Assembly (NCBI GenBank): GCA_044236265.1
Contig: JBIIGV010000007.1
Location: 1 to 47,348, forward strand
Direction of reading: 5' to 3'
Origin: Oligoflexales bacterium
GTDB lineage: Bacteria; Bdellovibrionota_B; Oligoflexia; Oligoflexales; RGVZ01
Length of the DNA stretch: 47,348 bases
In this document: positions 1-9,261 of the stretch, piece after piece
How the letters are laid out: each line of letters begins with the position of its first letter
Numbering within the stretch: the first letter of the stretch is position 1
Program-made: the position numbers and the translations under genes
The notes under the pieces: model-generated
What the model was told of the DNA's origin: nothing
The model's database searches: none
Seen by the model: only the letters and a program-made list of their open reading frames with translations

Positions 1-904
1 AGATAAATATTATGGTTCCATAATTTTGTACACTAGCCGCCGGGTCAAGAAGCATGCCAACGGATACGAAGAAGACCGCTCCACATATGTCTTTGAGAGG
101 GGAGACGAGGTTTTGAATGTGGTGACTCTCACGGGTCTCAGCCAGGATAGACCCCATAATGAATGCACCGAGGGCAACCGAATAGCTATAAAAATCTGCT
201 AGCGAGACCAACAAGAAGCACAACCCAACCGATACGATTAAAAGCATCTCATTGGTGCCATGTCTGCCAACAGCGCGGATCAGTCTCGGGACAATAAATA
301 AACCAAAAACCAGCCATGCTCCCACGATAATACCAAGCTTTGTAACTGCACCAATCAAGTCACTTCCACTTACCGACTCATTGGTGGCAATGCTGGTCAG
401 CGCAACAATGATCAGGATGGCGGCTAAGTCCTGGACGACGAGAATTCCATAGACCATTTCGGCGAATTTTTTGGTTTTAAGCCCCAGTTCCTCGAGGACC
501 TTAATGATGGATGTAGTGGACGATATGGCTAACATGGCGCCAAGGAAAATTTGGTCCATGCTACTCCAGCCGAGCAACTTGCCCCCCATGTAGCCGATAA
601 ACATCATCGATCCAATTTGAATCGAGCCAGTGATCGTCGCTGCTTTGCCAATCCGCGTTAACCTGCGGAAGCTGAATTCAATCCCCAGTGCGAACATGAA
701 AAAAATCACACCGAGATCTGCCCATACTTTGACATTCTGGATGTCAACGATTGAAAAGATTTGAGGAGTGTAAGGCCCAACAATGATTCCAGCGACAATG
801 TATCCGAGAACAACCGGTTGCCGAATTAAGCGGAATAAAAATGTCACAACCGCTGCCACACCAAGAATGACGGCCAGATCTTTAATCAAGGGGGCCATGT
901 GCAT
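1..904 (-). CDS. Cation:proton antiporter (CPA2/KefB-like), runs off window start (3' truncated)
   Basis: Manual translation of minus strand from ATG 904 (GGAG upstream): MHMAPLIKDLAVILGVAAVVTFLFRLIRQPVVLGYIVAGIIVGPYTP...ADLGVIFFMFALGIEFS...ISSTTSIIK...GILVVQDLAAI, typical CPA2 motifs; not in ORF track because it is truncated. Confidence 0.9.
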   Translation of the reverse strand, partial: MHMAPLIKDLAVILGVAAVVTFLFRLIRQPVVLGYIVAGIIVGPYTPQIFSIVDIQNVKVWADLGVIFFMFALGIEFSFRRLTRIGKAATITGSIQIGSMMFIGYMGGKLLGWSSMDQIFLGAMLAISSTTSIIKVLEELGLKTKKFAEMVYGILVVQDLAAILIIVALTSIATNESVSGSDLIGAVTKLGIIVGAWLVFGLFIVPRLIRAVGRHGTNEMLLIVSVGLCFLLVSLADFYSYSVALGAFIMGSILAETRESHHIQNLVSPLKDICGAVFFVSVGMLLDPAASVQNYGTIIFI

Positions 905-983
905 GGAACGTGTCTCCAGTTGTAAAATCGTAACGACCCAGCCGTTAAGACGTGGTGTCGTATAGTACTATCATATCATAAAC

Positions 984-1781
984 TTAGTGCGCGGGAATGG
1001 TTGTGTTGCTACCGTCTGGACTTACTTTTTGATTCAAAGGAGGTTTGGTTAAATCTCGGGCATTGCGCTCGGCCAGGATCCGCTCATTCAGGCGATCAAT
1101 TGAGCGTTTGAGAGCAAGGTCTCCAGGTGTCAAGTCATAAGCTCGTTGCCAAGACCGCATCGCTAACTCGCGATTTCCAGTTTTAACGAGTAGAGTTCCC
1201 TTCATTTTTAGCAGCTTTGGACTATTAGGATAGAATGCCAGAAGATTGTTAAGTTCAATCAGCGCTAGCTCAAAATTCTTTTCCTTGAAGAGTTGGTTCA
1301 CCTTCGCAATCCCAATTGTGTAGCTTGGTGATTGAACAGGGCCTTCAGGAGTGCCGACGCCGAAAGCGCCATCGAGCATGGATGTTTCGTCTGGCTTTTG
1401 TTTCGCAACGTCTGGAAGCGCAGCGACCAGCTCCTTGTCGGTGGTGGCTGCATTGATTGGTTTTGAATTGCGTCCCAGGGCAAATGCACCATTAGGGGCA
1501 GGTTTTCCAGAGATTTCAGCAAGCGGTATAGCGATGTCATAACGGCCGCCGTTTTCAGGTATTTCGACTGAATACTCAGTTTCACCAACTGCTGATCTTA
1601 TGACAAAAGGCGATCTTTTTCCGTTATTTCCCAGTCTTTTAGTCTCAGCGACGAATGGGTATGAAATACTTCCTTCAGCTAGGCGTGATTTGAATGGGCG
1701 CGACGTCTCGCAGCCAAAAAGCAAGACGATAGCAGTCATTATTAGATCGCGCTTAGAAGTTGTACGAGAGGACGAGGTCAC
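984..1781 (-). CDS. TPR-containing putative lipoprotein
   Basis: ORF 984..1814; better start GTG 1781 after GGAGG gives MTSSSRTTSKRDLIMTAIVLLFGC (lipobox-like LFGC); C-terminal TPR-like helices (ALIELNNLLAFYPNSPKLLKMKGTLL...AMRSWQRAYDLTP); overlaps upstream gene end. Confidence 0.75.
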   Translation of the reverse strand: MTSSSRTTSKRDLIMTAIVLLFGCETSRPFKSRLAEGSISYPFVAETKRLGNNGKRSPFVIRSAVGETEYSVEIPENGGRYDIAIPLAEISGKPAPNGAFALGRNSKPINAATTDKELVAALPDVAKQKPDETSMLDGAFGVGTPEGPVQSPSYTIGIAKVNQLFKEKNFELALIELNNLLAFYPNSPKLLKMKGTLLVKTGNRELAMRSWQRAYDLTPGDLALKRSIDRLNERILAERNARDLTKPPLNQKVSPDGSNTTIPAH

Positions 1782-3060
1782 CGCCGCCACCTCCGCGTGA
1801 AGTCTGGTAATCACCTTTAACTAAAATCGTGCTTTCAGAGATATACTGAGCCGAAACCGTTAATACAAATCGACGACCAAAGTATGTGTCCCAACCTAGC
1901 CGCGCCGAGGGAGCCAGATAGCCAGTACTAATGATGCCTCCTAGTCCAAAATGCACGCCGTGGCGAACGCGGTCATAAACCTCAACGTCGCCCACAAAGT
2001 TATAGGCGGTTAGAGCCTGGACCCCAAGAACATAGGTGTAAGGTAATGGTCTGGCGCTTCCTGAATAAGTTGTCGATGATGATGACGATGTAGCAGCACC
2101 CTCGCTAGGATATGTGTTTAGAAATTTTGCCGTGCTGATGTAGCCTGACGTCAAGAGTCCGAAATCTAATTTGCGGTTTGCGAATTTTTCAACCGAGCGA
2201 ATGTGAACTCCAAGGAAGGATTTGTCTCTCTCCCCACCGGCAACGTTGGGAAGATTTGAACCACTAAATCCAACAAGGATTTTGTAGTCGGGAACATATT
2301 CATCACTGTTCCGAGATTTTTCGATTTGATTGAAGTCGACAGCCATACGTTGATAGCGACTACGCACGGTTTCGCTATTGTAAGTACGTGCCCAAACGAG
2401 TTCTTTGGTTTGCGTGCTGAAGACGTTGAACGCTAAAACCATGTGAGTCGTATGATAAACCAGGACAACATCCATGTAATTTTCAATGCCCAATTGATTT
2501 GCGGCTTCGTCCATTTTCTGAACATTGGTTAGTGGTGATGTGATGATTAATTTTCCTTCGACCATGGTTGATGACTTGCTCTTGCATGGGATGCAATTGA
2601 TCAGTTTGACTTTGCTGTTCTCGCGGATTCTCTCGGACACTAAAAGTTCAGTATATTGTTCGTAGGTGCGAGGTAGAGTGTCGGAAATGTCGATTCGTCT
2701 GATCGAGAGGTTTTTTAAACCATTGATTTGGCCTTGCTTAACGTCGTAGGCAAATTCTGACAAGAGATCGTTCAAGACTTCGTGAAATTGACGCACTTCT
2801 GTGTTAGGTGCAACATCATCCAGCCCTTGTTGAGAGGCTTCCCGCGCTGAGAGTCGCGGAGCAACGCGCTGGTTTTTTTTGGACGTTTTTTGTTGCGACT
2901 GTTGGGAGTAGGCGCGTTGCTGGGACTGACTGCGTTGGGAGGCCTGCTTTCCGGCCTGTTGCTGTCCTTGCTGCTGTGAAGCTGCAAATGCGTTACAGGC
3001 TAGCGCAATACTACTTGCGATAACAGTGGTAAGGATTCGCTTTTTTGGAGCCGGTAGCAC
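1753..3060 (-). CDS. Exported hypothetical protein: signal peptide, Gln-rich linker, CsgG/FlgO/TolB-N-like alpha/beta domain with CxxC, C-terminal probable OM beta-barrel
   Basis: Signal peptide ending AFA; Q-rich tract; NCIPCK; alternating beta-strand pattern in last ~180 aa ending LVLSYNF (terminal Phe). Confidence 0.65.
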   Translation of the reverse strand: MLPAPKKRILTTVIASSIALACNAFAASQQQGQQQAGKQASQRSQSQQRAYSQQSQQKTSKKNQRVAPRLSAREASQQGLDDVAPNTEVRQFHEVLNDLLSEFAYDVKQGQINGLKNLSIRRIDISDTLPRTYEQYTELLVSERIRENSKVKLINCIPCKSKSSTMVEGKLIITSPLTNVQKMDEAANQLGIENYMDVVLVYHTTHMVLAFNVFSTQTKELVWARTYNSETVRSRYQRMAVDFNQIEKSRNSDEYVPDYKILVGFSGSNLPNVAGGERDKSFLGVHIRSVEKFANRKLDFGLLTSGYISTAKFLNTYPSEGAATSSSSSTTYSGSARPLPYTYVLGVQALTAYNFVGDVEVYDRVRHGVHFGLGGIISTGYLAPSARLGWDTYFGRRFVLTVSAQYISESTILVKGDYQTSRGGGGGDLVLSYNF

Positions 3061-3098
3061 GCGGATCTTCTCCCTAAAATCTTGGGCTTGCCTCAGGG

Positions 3099-3125
3099 GT
3101 ATCGGCAGTCGGCCGCTGGTCTTTA
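3099..3125 (-). promoter_or_regulatory. sigma28/FliA-type promoter TAAA-N15-GCCGATAC
   Basis: Minus strand TAAAGACCAGCGGCCGACTGCCGATAC, ~40 nt upstream of GTG 3060; consensus TAAA-N15-GCCGATAA. Confidence 0.75.
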
Positions 3126-3146
3126 ACGGTGATTAACATCAGGAAT

Positions 3147-3182
3147 AAAAAAAGGTTGGCCTCAGCCAACCTTTGTTTTTTG
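3147..3182. terminator. Rho-independent terminator (for 3227..4156 on minus; T-tracts both sides)
   Basis: AAAGGTTGGC-ctca-GCCAACCTTT 10-bp stem flanked by A7 and T-rich runs. Confidence 0.8.
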
Positions 3183-3226
3183 ACAAAATACTAAAAAACG
3201 AAACTAAGATCAGGTGATTCGTCTGC

Positions 3227-4156
3227 TTATGGGCGGATCACGGTGCACGTTCCCGAGGCTGTGCACTTATCAATGAGAGATAGTGCTGTGGTGCTGGCTT
3301 CTGGCTTTATGTCGAGGCAAGATTCCATGATTTTTACCTCAGAGACGTTGTTTGGACCTGCGTCGGTGATTTCTTTGATGTCGATCGTTTTATCAATGTT
3401 CTTCTTATCGCCGGGCTTGACTTCGATAACGGCATCTTCAAGCATCGCGCGCTTCATTGCCGTTCCCATAAATTTTACTTCAGCGGCGATAGCACAGAAC
3501 TTTACTGCCGATGAAATGGATGTAATTTCTCCAGCACTCAAAAGCAAGTTTGATCCGCTTATTGTTGGTGTTGCCGGTCTTGTAAGTTTGAAAGTTAGAG
3601 AAGGTTGAGCGATGACGGGGTCGATAACAGTCTCTGTTGAATCATCAGCAACGCTTGGACATGCTGCTAGACTAACGCCCAGTTCCTTGGCACCAAGCTC
3701 AGTGACGCTGACGCATGCTTTGACTGTGATTGCTGTTTTACCCTGAAGTTCTTCCTTCTTGATTGCTGTAGGTAGGGCGGCCTTTTTGTCGTGCGCGTCA
3801 GATGTCAAAAAAATCTGGTCAATTTTTTTGCCGTCTGCTGAGACTTTTCCGAATGAAAGTAATAGGGAGTAGTCACAGCCTTGGCGTAATGATGCGTCTA
3901 TTTTGACGTCATCCGCAGCAACTTTTTCTACACGCGCAATGTCTGTGAAAATACAATCACCACCAGTTTTCTTGATGGACAACGAGTATCCGTCCATTTT
4001 TCCGGTGATGTCCTTATCGCCGATTTTTGTCGGCATCTTCATTTTGACGCTCACTAGTTTGGCGCCATTTTGATTGTTACTGCTGAGGCTTCCAGGCTTT
4101 ATGCAGCCGGACGCTCCAGCTGCCAATGCCAATACTGCGGTCGTAAGTCTTAACAT
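3227..4156 (-). CDS. Hypothetical lipoprotein, Cys-containing, beta-rich
   Basis: GGGAGG RBS; MLRLTTAVLALAAGASGC lipobox; several paired Cys. Confidence 0.75.
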   Translation of the reverse strand: MLRLTTAVLALAAGASGCIKPGSLSSNNQNGAKLVSVKMKMPTKIGDKDITGKMDGYSLSIKKTGGDCIFTDIARVEKVAADDVKIDASLRQGCDYSLLLSFGKVSADGKKIDQIFLTSDAHDKKAALPTAIKKEELQGKTAITVKACVSVTELGAKELGVSLAACPSVADDSTETVIDPVIAQPSLTFKLTRPATPTISGSNLLLSAGEITSISSAVKFCAIAAEVKFMGTAMKRAMLEDAVIEVKPGDKKNIDKTIDIKEITDAGPNNVSEVKIMESCLDIKPEASTTALSLIDKCTASGTCTVIRP

Positions 4157-4209
4157 AATAAATTGTCCTCCCGTATTTTGTCTTAGAAATTTCTAATTTT
4201 AGCTCTTAT

Positions 4210-4881
4210 TTATTCATCAAATTCTTCAGCTGGTTTTCCCCGAGATGACGCAGGCAATCTAAAATCGCCAGCACTCATTGATTCAAGGCGACGTCCAAAA
4301 GTATTTTGGCTTATTTCAGTATAGCGCGCTCTCAGGTAATTCATATAGACCCCCGTCGTACTCGATGCGTCCAGAGCACGTCCCAGTGCCCAAAGTGACT
4401 TCATTCTGGCGAGAAAAATTCCCGCCTTTTCGTCCATGAGTGAGGTGTCGGCAGCTAAGCTGTTATCAAGGTCTGACATCATTTGATAGAAGCACCAATG
4501 AAACACCCGCAGGTTTGAAGAGACGGGGCTTTCAAGGTCTGCAGCAACGTCTTGCAGGGCGCGTAAATTAGTCGCCTGACTCGATACCGACTCAACGCGC
4601 TCTCTACAGCGATTAATACTATCTGCAGATGGCTGGCGCGACGTCATGATCAGCTTTCGCGTGAACCATGCAGAAGCTTCTTTTGGATGTGGCATCAACG
4701 TGACGCCGCTCGACGAATCGACTTCCTCCTCGGCCAGATCCTCGGACTCGAGGCCTTGATCATCTGGCTCTTCGTCTTGTAAAGAAGCCAGATCACTTTG
4801 CTGCTGTGCCGTCTGACATCCATTGACGTACACCGTTGCTATGCAGAGCAAAAGCAAGAATGTGTACAATGTCGATCGCAT
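4210..4881 (-). CDS. Hypothetical lipoprotein, acidic linker then helical domain
   Basis: ATG 4881 after GGAGGA; MRSTLYTFLLLLCIATVYVNGC lipobox. Confidence 0.75.
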   Translation of the reverse strand: MRSTLYTFLLLLCIATVYVNGCQTAQQQSDLASLQDEEPDDQGLESEDLAEEEVDSSSGVTLMPHPKEASAWFTRKLIMTSRQPSADSINRCRERVESVSSQATNLRALQDVAADLESPVSSNLRVFHWCFYQMMSDLDNSLAADTSLMDEKAGIFLARMKSLWALGRALDASSTTGVYMNYLRARYTEISQNTFGRRLESMSAGDFRLPASSRGKPAEEFDE

Positions 4882-4914
4882 GCAGTCCTCCATATGCGGC
4901 AAATTCTGCCGTAG

Positions 4915-4941
4915 TCATCGGACGTCACAGATCGTTCTTGA
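4915..4941 (-). promoter_or_regulatory. sigma28-type promoter TCAA-N15-TCCGATGA
   Basis: Minus strand TCAAGAACGATCTGTGACGTCCGATGA, 34 nt upstream of ATG 4881. Confidence 0.65.
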
Positions 4942-5020
4942 TATTTTTTTTCAAGGATTTCTTGGTAAATTATGAAAAAAATTCACTGAACCAAGACAAA
5001 CTGGGGCCTTGCGTTAGTGA

Positions 5021-5881
5021 TTAGTAGAATCCGGATGCTGAAAGGCCCGCATAATAGAATGTTTTACCGCTAGCAGTTTGGACTCCTGTTATAACTCCAA
5101 AGCCCAATGCCCCTCGGGTAATCCGAGTCCATCGCACTTCGCTCCAAAGTGCTGGAGATTCATAAGCCCATCCTGACCCTTGAAAGTCGCTCGGTGCGCC
5201 TTTAAAGGTTTCGTCATCCCGCGAAAGCTTGCTAATCGCAGCAACGCCGCCGGACCAAAGCCAGGCAAATCTTTTAGGATTGTCATTAAGAGGGTCATCG
5301 GGCATACCGACTTTTCCAACAGCAATAGCCGGACCAAGGAATGTCATTGCAAATCGCGCTGTCACTTTATTTTGAGTTCCAAAGCCGCCAAATGGCGCAA
5401 CCCGAACGCCAAACCAGCCCTGTACAACACTAGGATCCTTATCAAAGAACATCCGCAGATATGTTGATATATGCGTAGTCATGTCGCAGGTGTAGTTTGA
5501 GCGTGATCCCGAGACAGCGGCTGCAGGTTTTAACAGGCTGAGATCAAAGAATCCGTAGAACGGTCGTTTCTCTTGCGCCTCAGCTTTGGCTTTGTCCGCT
5601 GCGTCTTGGGACTTACGGGCGATAGATTCTGCTTCGATTTTCTTTTTAGCTTCAGATTTTTTTTCTTCACGCTCAAGGCGCCTTTTCTGAATTGGGTCTT
5701 TTGAGTCTGGAAGACTCGGTGGTGGCTCTGCAACTGGCGGGGGCGGAAGAGCGATCTGGGCTTGCAAGGAGGGTGAAGTGCTCAATGCGAAAGGAAGCGC
5801 TAAGACTCGGAATCCTAATGCGGCAAGATTTACCGGGTAAATCCTACCCGGGAATCGGCAAATTGTGCTTATTTTGCGCAC
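5021..5881 (-). CDS. Exported hypothetical protein, Pro-rich/coiled N-part and probable small OM beta-barrel
   Basis: GGAGG RBS before GTG 5881; PPPP tract, K/E coiled segment, amphipathic strands ending YYAGLSASGFY. Confidence 0.65.
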   Translation of the reverse strand: MRKISTICRFPGRIYPVNLAALGFRVLALPFALSTSPSLQAQIALPPPPVAEPPPSLPDSKDPIQKRRLEREEKKSEAKKKIEAESIARKSQDAADKAKAEAQEKRPFYGFFDLSLLKPAAAVSGSRSNYTCDMTTHISTYLRMFFDKDPSVVQGWFGVRVAPFGGFGTQNKVTARFAMTFLGPAIAVGKVGMPDDPLNDNPKRFAWLWSGGVAAISKLSRDDETFKGAPSDFQGSGWAYESPALWSEVRWTRITRGALGFGVITGVQTASGKTFYYAGLSASGFY

Positions 5882-5986
5882 CCTTAGCCTCCAATAAAAT
5901 TAAGTATAGGGGTCCCTAAACCAGCCCCTTCTTTCAACCATTGTAAACCTCTTATTTAGTTTAGTCTCGGAAAGGGGCTCTGTTCC

Positions 5987-7585
5987 ATGGGAATCTTGCA
6001 AAACCGGAACACCACCAGTCATTCGTCCCATCGTTTTGACCCTTTTGAGGGCCTCGATGACTCAGTGACCGACAAAAATTTATTTGCCGACCTGAGTGTC
6101 ATATCGGACCGTCCATACCGAGTGCCTACGAAGGCCGATAATTCTGCTTCAGCCTCGTTACCGCAGAGTTCACGCTCAAAGATTTTGGCAGCTGCTCTTC
6201 TTCTCGTCTTGACGGGATTTGCTGCTGCTCGCTTTAAGCCTTGGTCATACTTTACATCTCAAGAAATCGTTTACGCCTATTTTGAGGTTAGGGCTCTAGA
6301 TGCTGGGGGGCGGCCCATCGCCGGTGCCGTCGTCAAAAATGGCGGAAAAAGAGTTGGTACAACCGATAGTTTTGGAGAGTGGCGGCGTTATATGAAGGTT
6401 CCGTTGGGGGCCACAGTGCCTTTGACGATTGCCAAGAAAAATAGTCATCAGTTGCTGTTTGCAACAAAAAACTTTGCAGTCCCTCCCGATAAGCCAGAAA
6501 AAAGCGATGTCGAACTGCGTGGCAGTGTGCAATTACATGTCGTTGACAACAACGATGCTGAAGCAAGAAGTGCTGTGGCAGTCAGTCCTTCGGACATTGT
6601 TCGTACGCGTGCTCCTAAGCAAGGAGCGGATGCCAACCGCCAGCAGACAGAATCGATGATTTTGACAACTGTTGAGACTGAGTCTCAGGAGAAGACCGCC
6701 TCCGTTGATTCACGTGCAGATGAATCGGCTGATAAAAGACCACAGCCAACAACATCCAAAGAACAGATCAAATTCGCATCAAGCCATGAGAGTATTTGGT
6801 TTGAATCTAACGGAAATCAAGCGTCAGCTCTAAGTCGCGAAGTATTACCTGCCCTGCGCAAACGTGCAGCTGAAATCGGCTTAAGAATTGACCCCAATGC
6901 AACCTGGAAGGTGCGACTGAGTGGATTAATTGAAAAGCCTGACCGCGTGGAGAAAGAGGGCGCTGGTCTCATGATGATCTCCAGTCTTGATGGCGAAAAA
7001 GACGCTAGTCCAAGAGACTTTCTACGTGCATACAGTCCAGATCCAAATCAGACGGCAAGGGGAATATTGTTCTCGCTTGCTCGAGTTGTAAATAAAAATA
7101 TCGTAGCTCAAAGAAATGGGGACCGATGGGTCGCTGTTACGGATAAGTCCTCTCCTGAGTTGTGGAGTCTGACGCCAGGTCAGGAACTGGTGGGCTCTAG
7201 TGGAACGTTCGTTGTCAGTGGAGAGTCTTACACAACGGACACTGCCACAGGATTTTACCTGACCAAGACTGACCGCAATCCTTGCGGTCATAATTCTGAT
7301 ATTTGCGAATTAAGGACGAGGACCTACACCGAGGTGCCTCCTGTTCCATCATGGAAGCAGATGCGTCTGAAAGTAGGTGCGTTAAGCAAAGATCCTGTGA
7401 AGATATTTGTCTCAGGCTATGAGTCTCGACCCGTCGGTGATAAGATTTTTGAGTATTGGGGGCAGGACAGGGCGCGGGTCAATGTGACCGTGATTCAAAA
7501 TTCTCGGGTGCTGTATCGCGGACAGATCGTAAACGATAAGTCAGCTCCTGTAAGTCTACCGGTGAGTAACATCTCTCGACGTTAA
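5987..7585 (+). CDS. Single-pass membrane hypothetical protein with carboxypeptidase-regulatory-like (transthyretin-fold) domain
   Basis: TM at ~aa 67-82; VRALDAGGRPIAGAVVKNGGKRVGTTDSFG motif typical of CarboxypepD_reg-like domains. Confidence 0.65.
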   Translation: MGILQNRNTTSHSSHRFDPFEGLDDSVTDKNLFADLSVISDRPYRVPTKADNSASASLPQSSRSKILAAALLLVLTGFAAARFKPWSYFTSQEIVYAYFEVRALDAGGRPIAGAVVKNGGKRVGTTDSFGEWRRYMKVPLGATVPLTIAKKNSHQLLFATKNFAVPPDKPEKSDVELRGSVQLHVVDNNDAEARSAVAVSPSDIVRTRAPKQGADANRQQTESMILTTVETESQEKTASVDSRADESADKRPQPTTSKEQIKFASSHESIWFESNGNQASALSREVLPALRKRAAEIGLRIDPNATWKVRLSGLIEKPDRVEKEGAGLMMISSLDGEKDASPRDFLRAYSPDPNQTARGILFSLARVVNKNIVAQRNGDRWVAVTDKSSPELWSLTPGQELVGSSGTFVVSGESYTTDTATGFYLTKTDRNPCGHNSDICELRTRTYTEVPPVPSWKQMRLKVGALSKDPVKIFVSGYESRPVGDKIFEYWGQDRARVNVTVIQNSRVLYRGQIVNDKSAPVSLPVSNISRR

Positions 7586-7611
7586 TGCGGCGTGCCAAGG
7601 AGAAACGGGCT

Positions 7612-9210
7612 GTGTCTGCTAAGACCAAAGTTTTGATTACCGGTGCATTGCACAAGTCCGCTATGGCGTCATTTGAGGGTAATGATCACTTACAGGTGCT
7701 CTATCATCCGGATTGTGACCGCGCGACGTTGCTGAAATATGTGCGTGACGCGCAGGTGTTAGTGACTCGTAGTGAAACTGATGTCGATCGTGAGGTGATG
7801 GATGCCGCACCACTTCTAAAAGTGGTCGCGCGGGCAGCCGTTGGTGTCGGTAACATCGATATTTCCTATGCCACGAAAAAGGGCATTCTGGTTATCAATT
7901 GTCCCGGAAAAAATACGAATAGCGCGGCTGAGCTTACGATTGGCCTACTCTTGGCCATGTTGCGAAATATTCCACAAGCACAGGAGACCATGAAAAAGGG
8001 TGGCTGGGATCGTCACCGATTCACGGGGCGGGAATTGCGTGGTAAACGGTTGGGAATTGTTGGTCTAGGAAACGTAGGGCACCGCGTTGCCAAATTTGCA
8101 CGTGGGTTTGACATGGATGTATTTGCTTATGACCCCTACATCGCCCCTCAGATTTTCGAACTGCATGGCGCAAAGCGCGTCGGATCTCTTCGAGATCTTG
8201 CCTCACAGGTCGATGTCCTGACATTTCATGTTCCGCTGAATAAAGAGACCAAAGGTATGGCCACCAAAGAGATTTTGCAGACCATGCCTCGAGGTGGTTG
8301 GGTGCTGAACGCTGCTCGCGGTGGTGTCTTTAAAGAATTGGATATCATTGAACTACTGAAGTCAGGGCATTTGAGCGGAGTTGGTATTGACACTTTTGAG
8401 ACGGAGCCAAAGGTCAATCCGGACTTGCTCGCCCTGTCGGGTGTTTGGTGTACGCCACACATAGGGGCGTCAACTGAAGAGGCGCAGATCGCCATTGGTG
8501 AGGCGATATATAATCAGATCATCAAGGCTATTGATGGCGGAGTTGTAGATTACCCTGTGAACCTCCCACAAGTTGGAGTTATTCAGGATCAACGCACCAA
8601 AAGTTATGCGGTGTTAGCCGAAAAATTGGGAAGTCTTGCTGGCCAAATCGCTGGTTTTAACGCGAGTCAGGCAGAGTTATCATATCGCGGTGATATCGCG
8701 GGAAGTGACCACTCCTTGATCAGACTGAGCTTTTTGAAGGGCTATCTATCCCAGGTTGTAAATGACTATGTCTCGTTTGTGAATGCAGAGTCTCATGCGT
8801 CCAAAATTGGTCTGCAACTTAATGATCGTTCTGATCCGCAATTTGATAGCTACCGTAGCGCTTTAAAAATCACCCTAACGGGTGTTGATGGTCAATCATT
8901 GCGTGTTGGTGGACTCGTGTTTGATGATCAGATACCGAGGCTTTCTCTGATCAATGATTATTATTTTGAAGCGGAGCCCTCAGGACACATGTTGTTAGTT
9001 GAAAATGAAGACAAGCCTGGTGTCATTGGGGATCTTGGGCACTTCCTGGGTTTTAAAGGCGTCAATATTGCAACCTTTGAGTTGAGTCGTAATCGTCGTG
9101 GTGGACGGGCCATGGCCGTGATTCGCACGGATGAAGAGGTCTCGTCACAAGATCAGATGGAGATGGGGCGTATCCGAAATATTTCCAAGGTTCACCGAGT
9201 GTATTTATAA
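7612..9210 (+). CDS. serA: D-3-phosphoglycerate dehydrogenase (long type with ASB + ACT domains)
   Basis: RAAVGVGNID, GIVGLGNVG, NAARGG, TPHIGASTEEAQ, C-terminal DKPGVIG ACT; GTG 7612 follows AGGAG (ORF track start 7585). Confidence 0.93.
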   Translation: MSAKTKVLITGALHKSAMASFEGNDHLQVLYHPDCDRATLLKYVRDAQVLVTRSETDVDREVMDAAPLLKVVARAAVGVGNIDISYATKKGILVINCPGKNTNSAAELTIGLLLAMLRNIPQAQETMKKGGWDRHRFTGRELRGKRLGIVGLGNVGHRVAKFARGFDMDVFAYDPYIAPQIFELHGAKRVGSLRDLASQVDVLTFHVPLNKETKGMATKEILQTMPRGGWVLNAARGGVFKELDIIELLKSGHLSGVGIDTFETEPKVNPDLLALSGVWCTPHIGASTEEAQIAIGEAIYNQIIKAIDGGVVDYPVNLPQVGVIQDQRTKSYAVLAEKLGSLAGQIAGFNASQAELSYRGDIAGSDHSLIRLSFLKGYLSQVVNDYVSFVNAESHASKIGLQLNDRSDPQFDSYRSALKITLTGVDGQSLRVGGLVFDDQIPRLSLINDYYFEAEPSGHMLLVENEDKPGVIGDLGHFLGFKGVNIATFELSRNRRGGRAMAVIRTDEEVSSQDQMEMGRIRNISKVHRVYL

Positions 9211-9261
9211 TTGAAGTTATAAATTTGTTTCATTTACCGTTGATTGTTTGGAGGAGATTTT

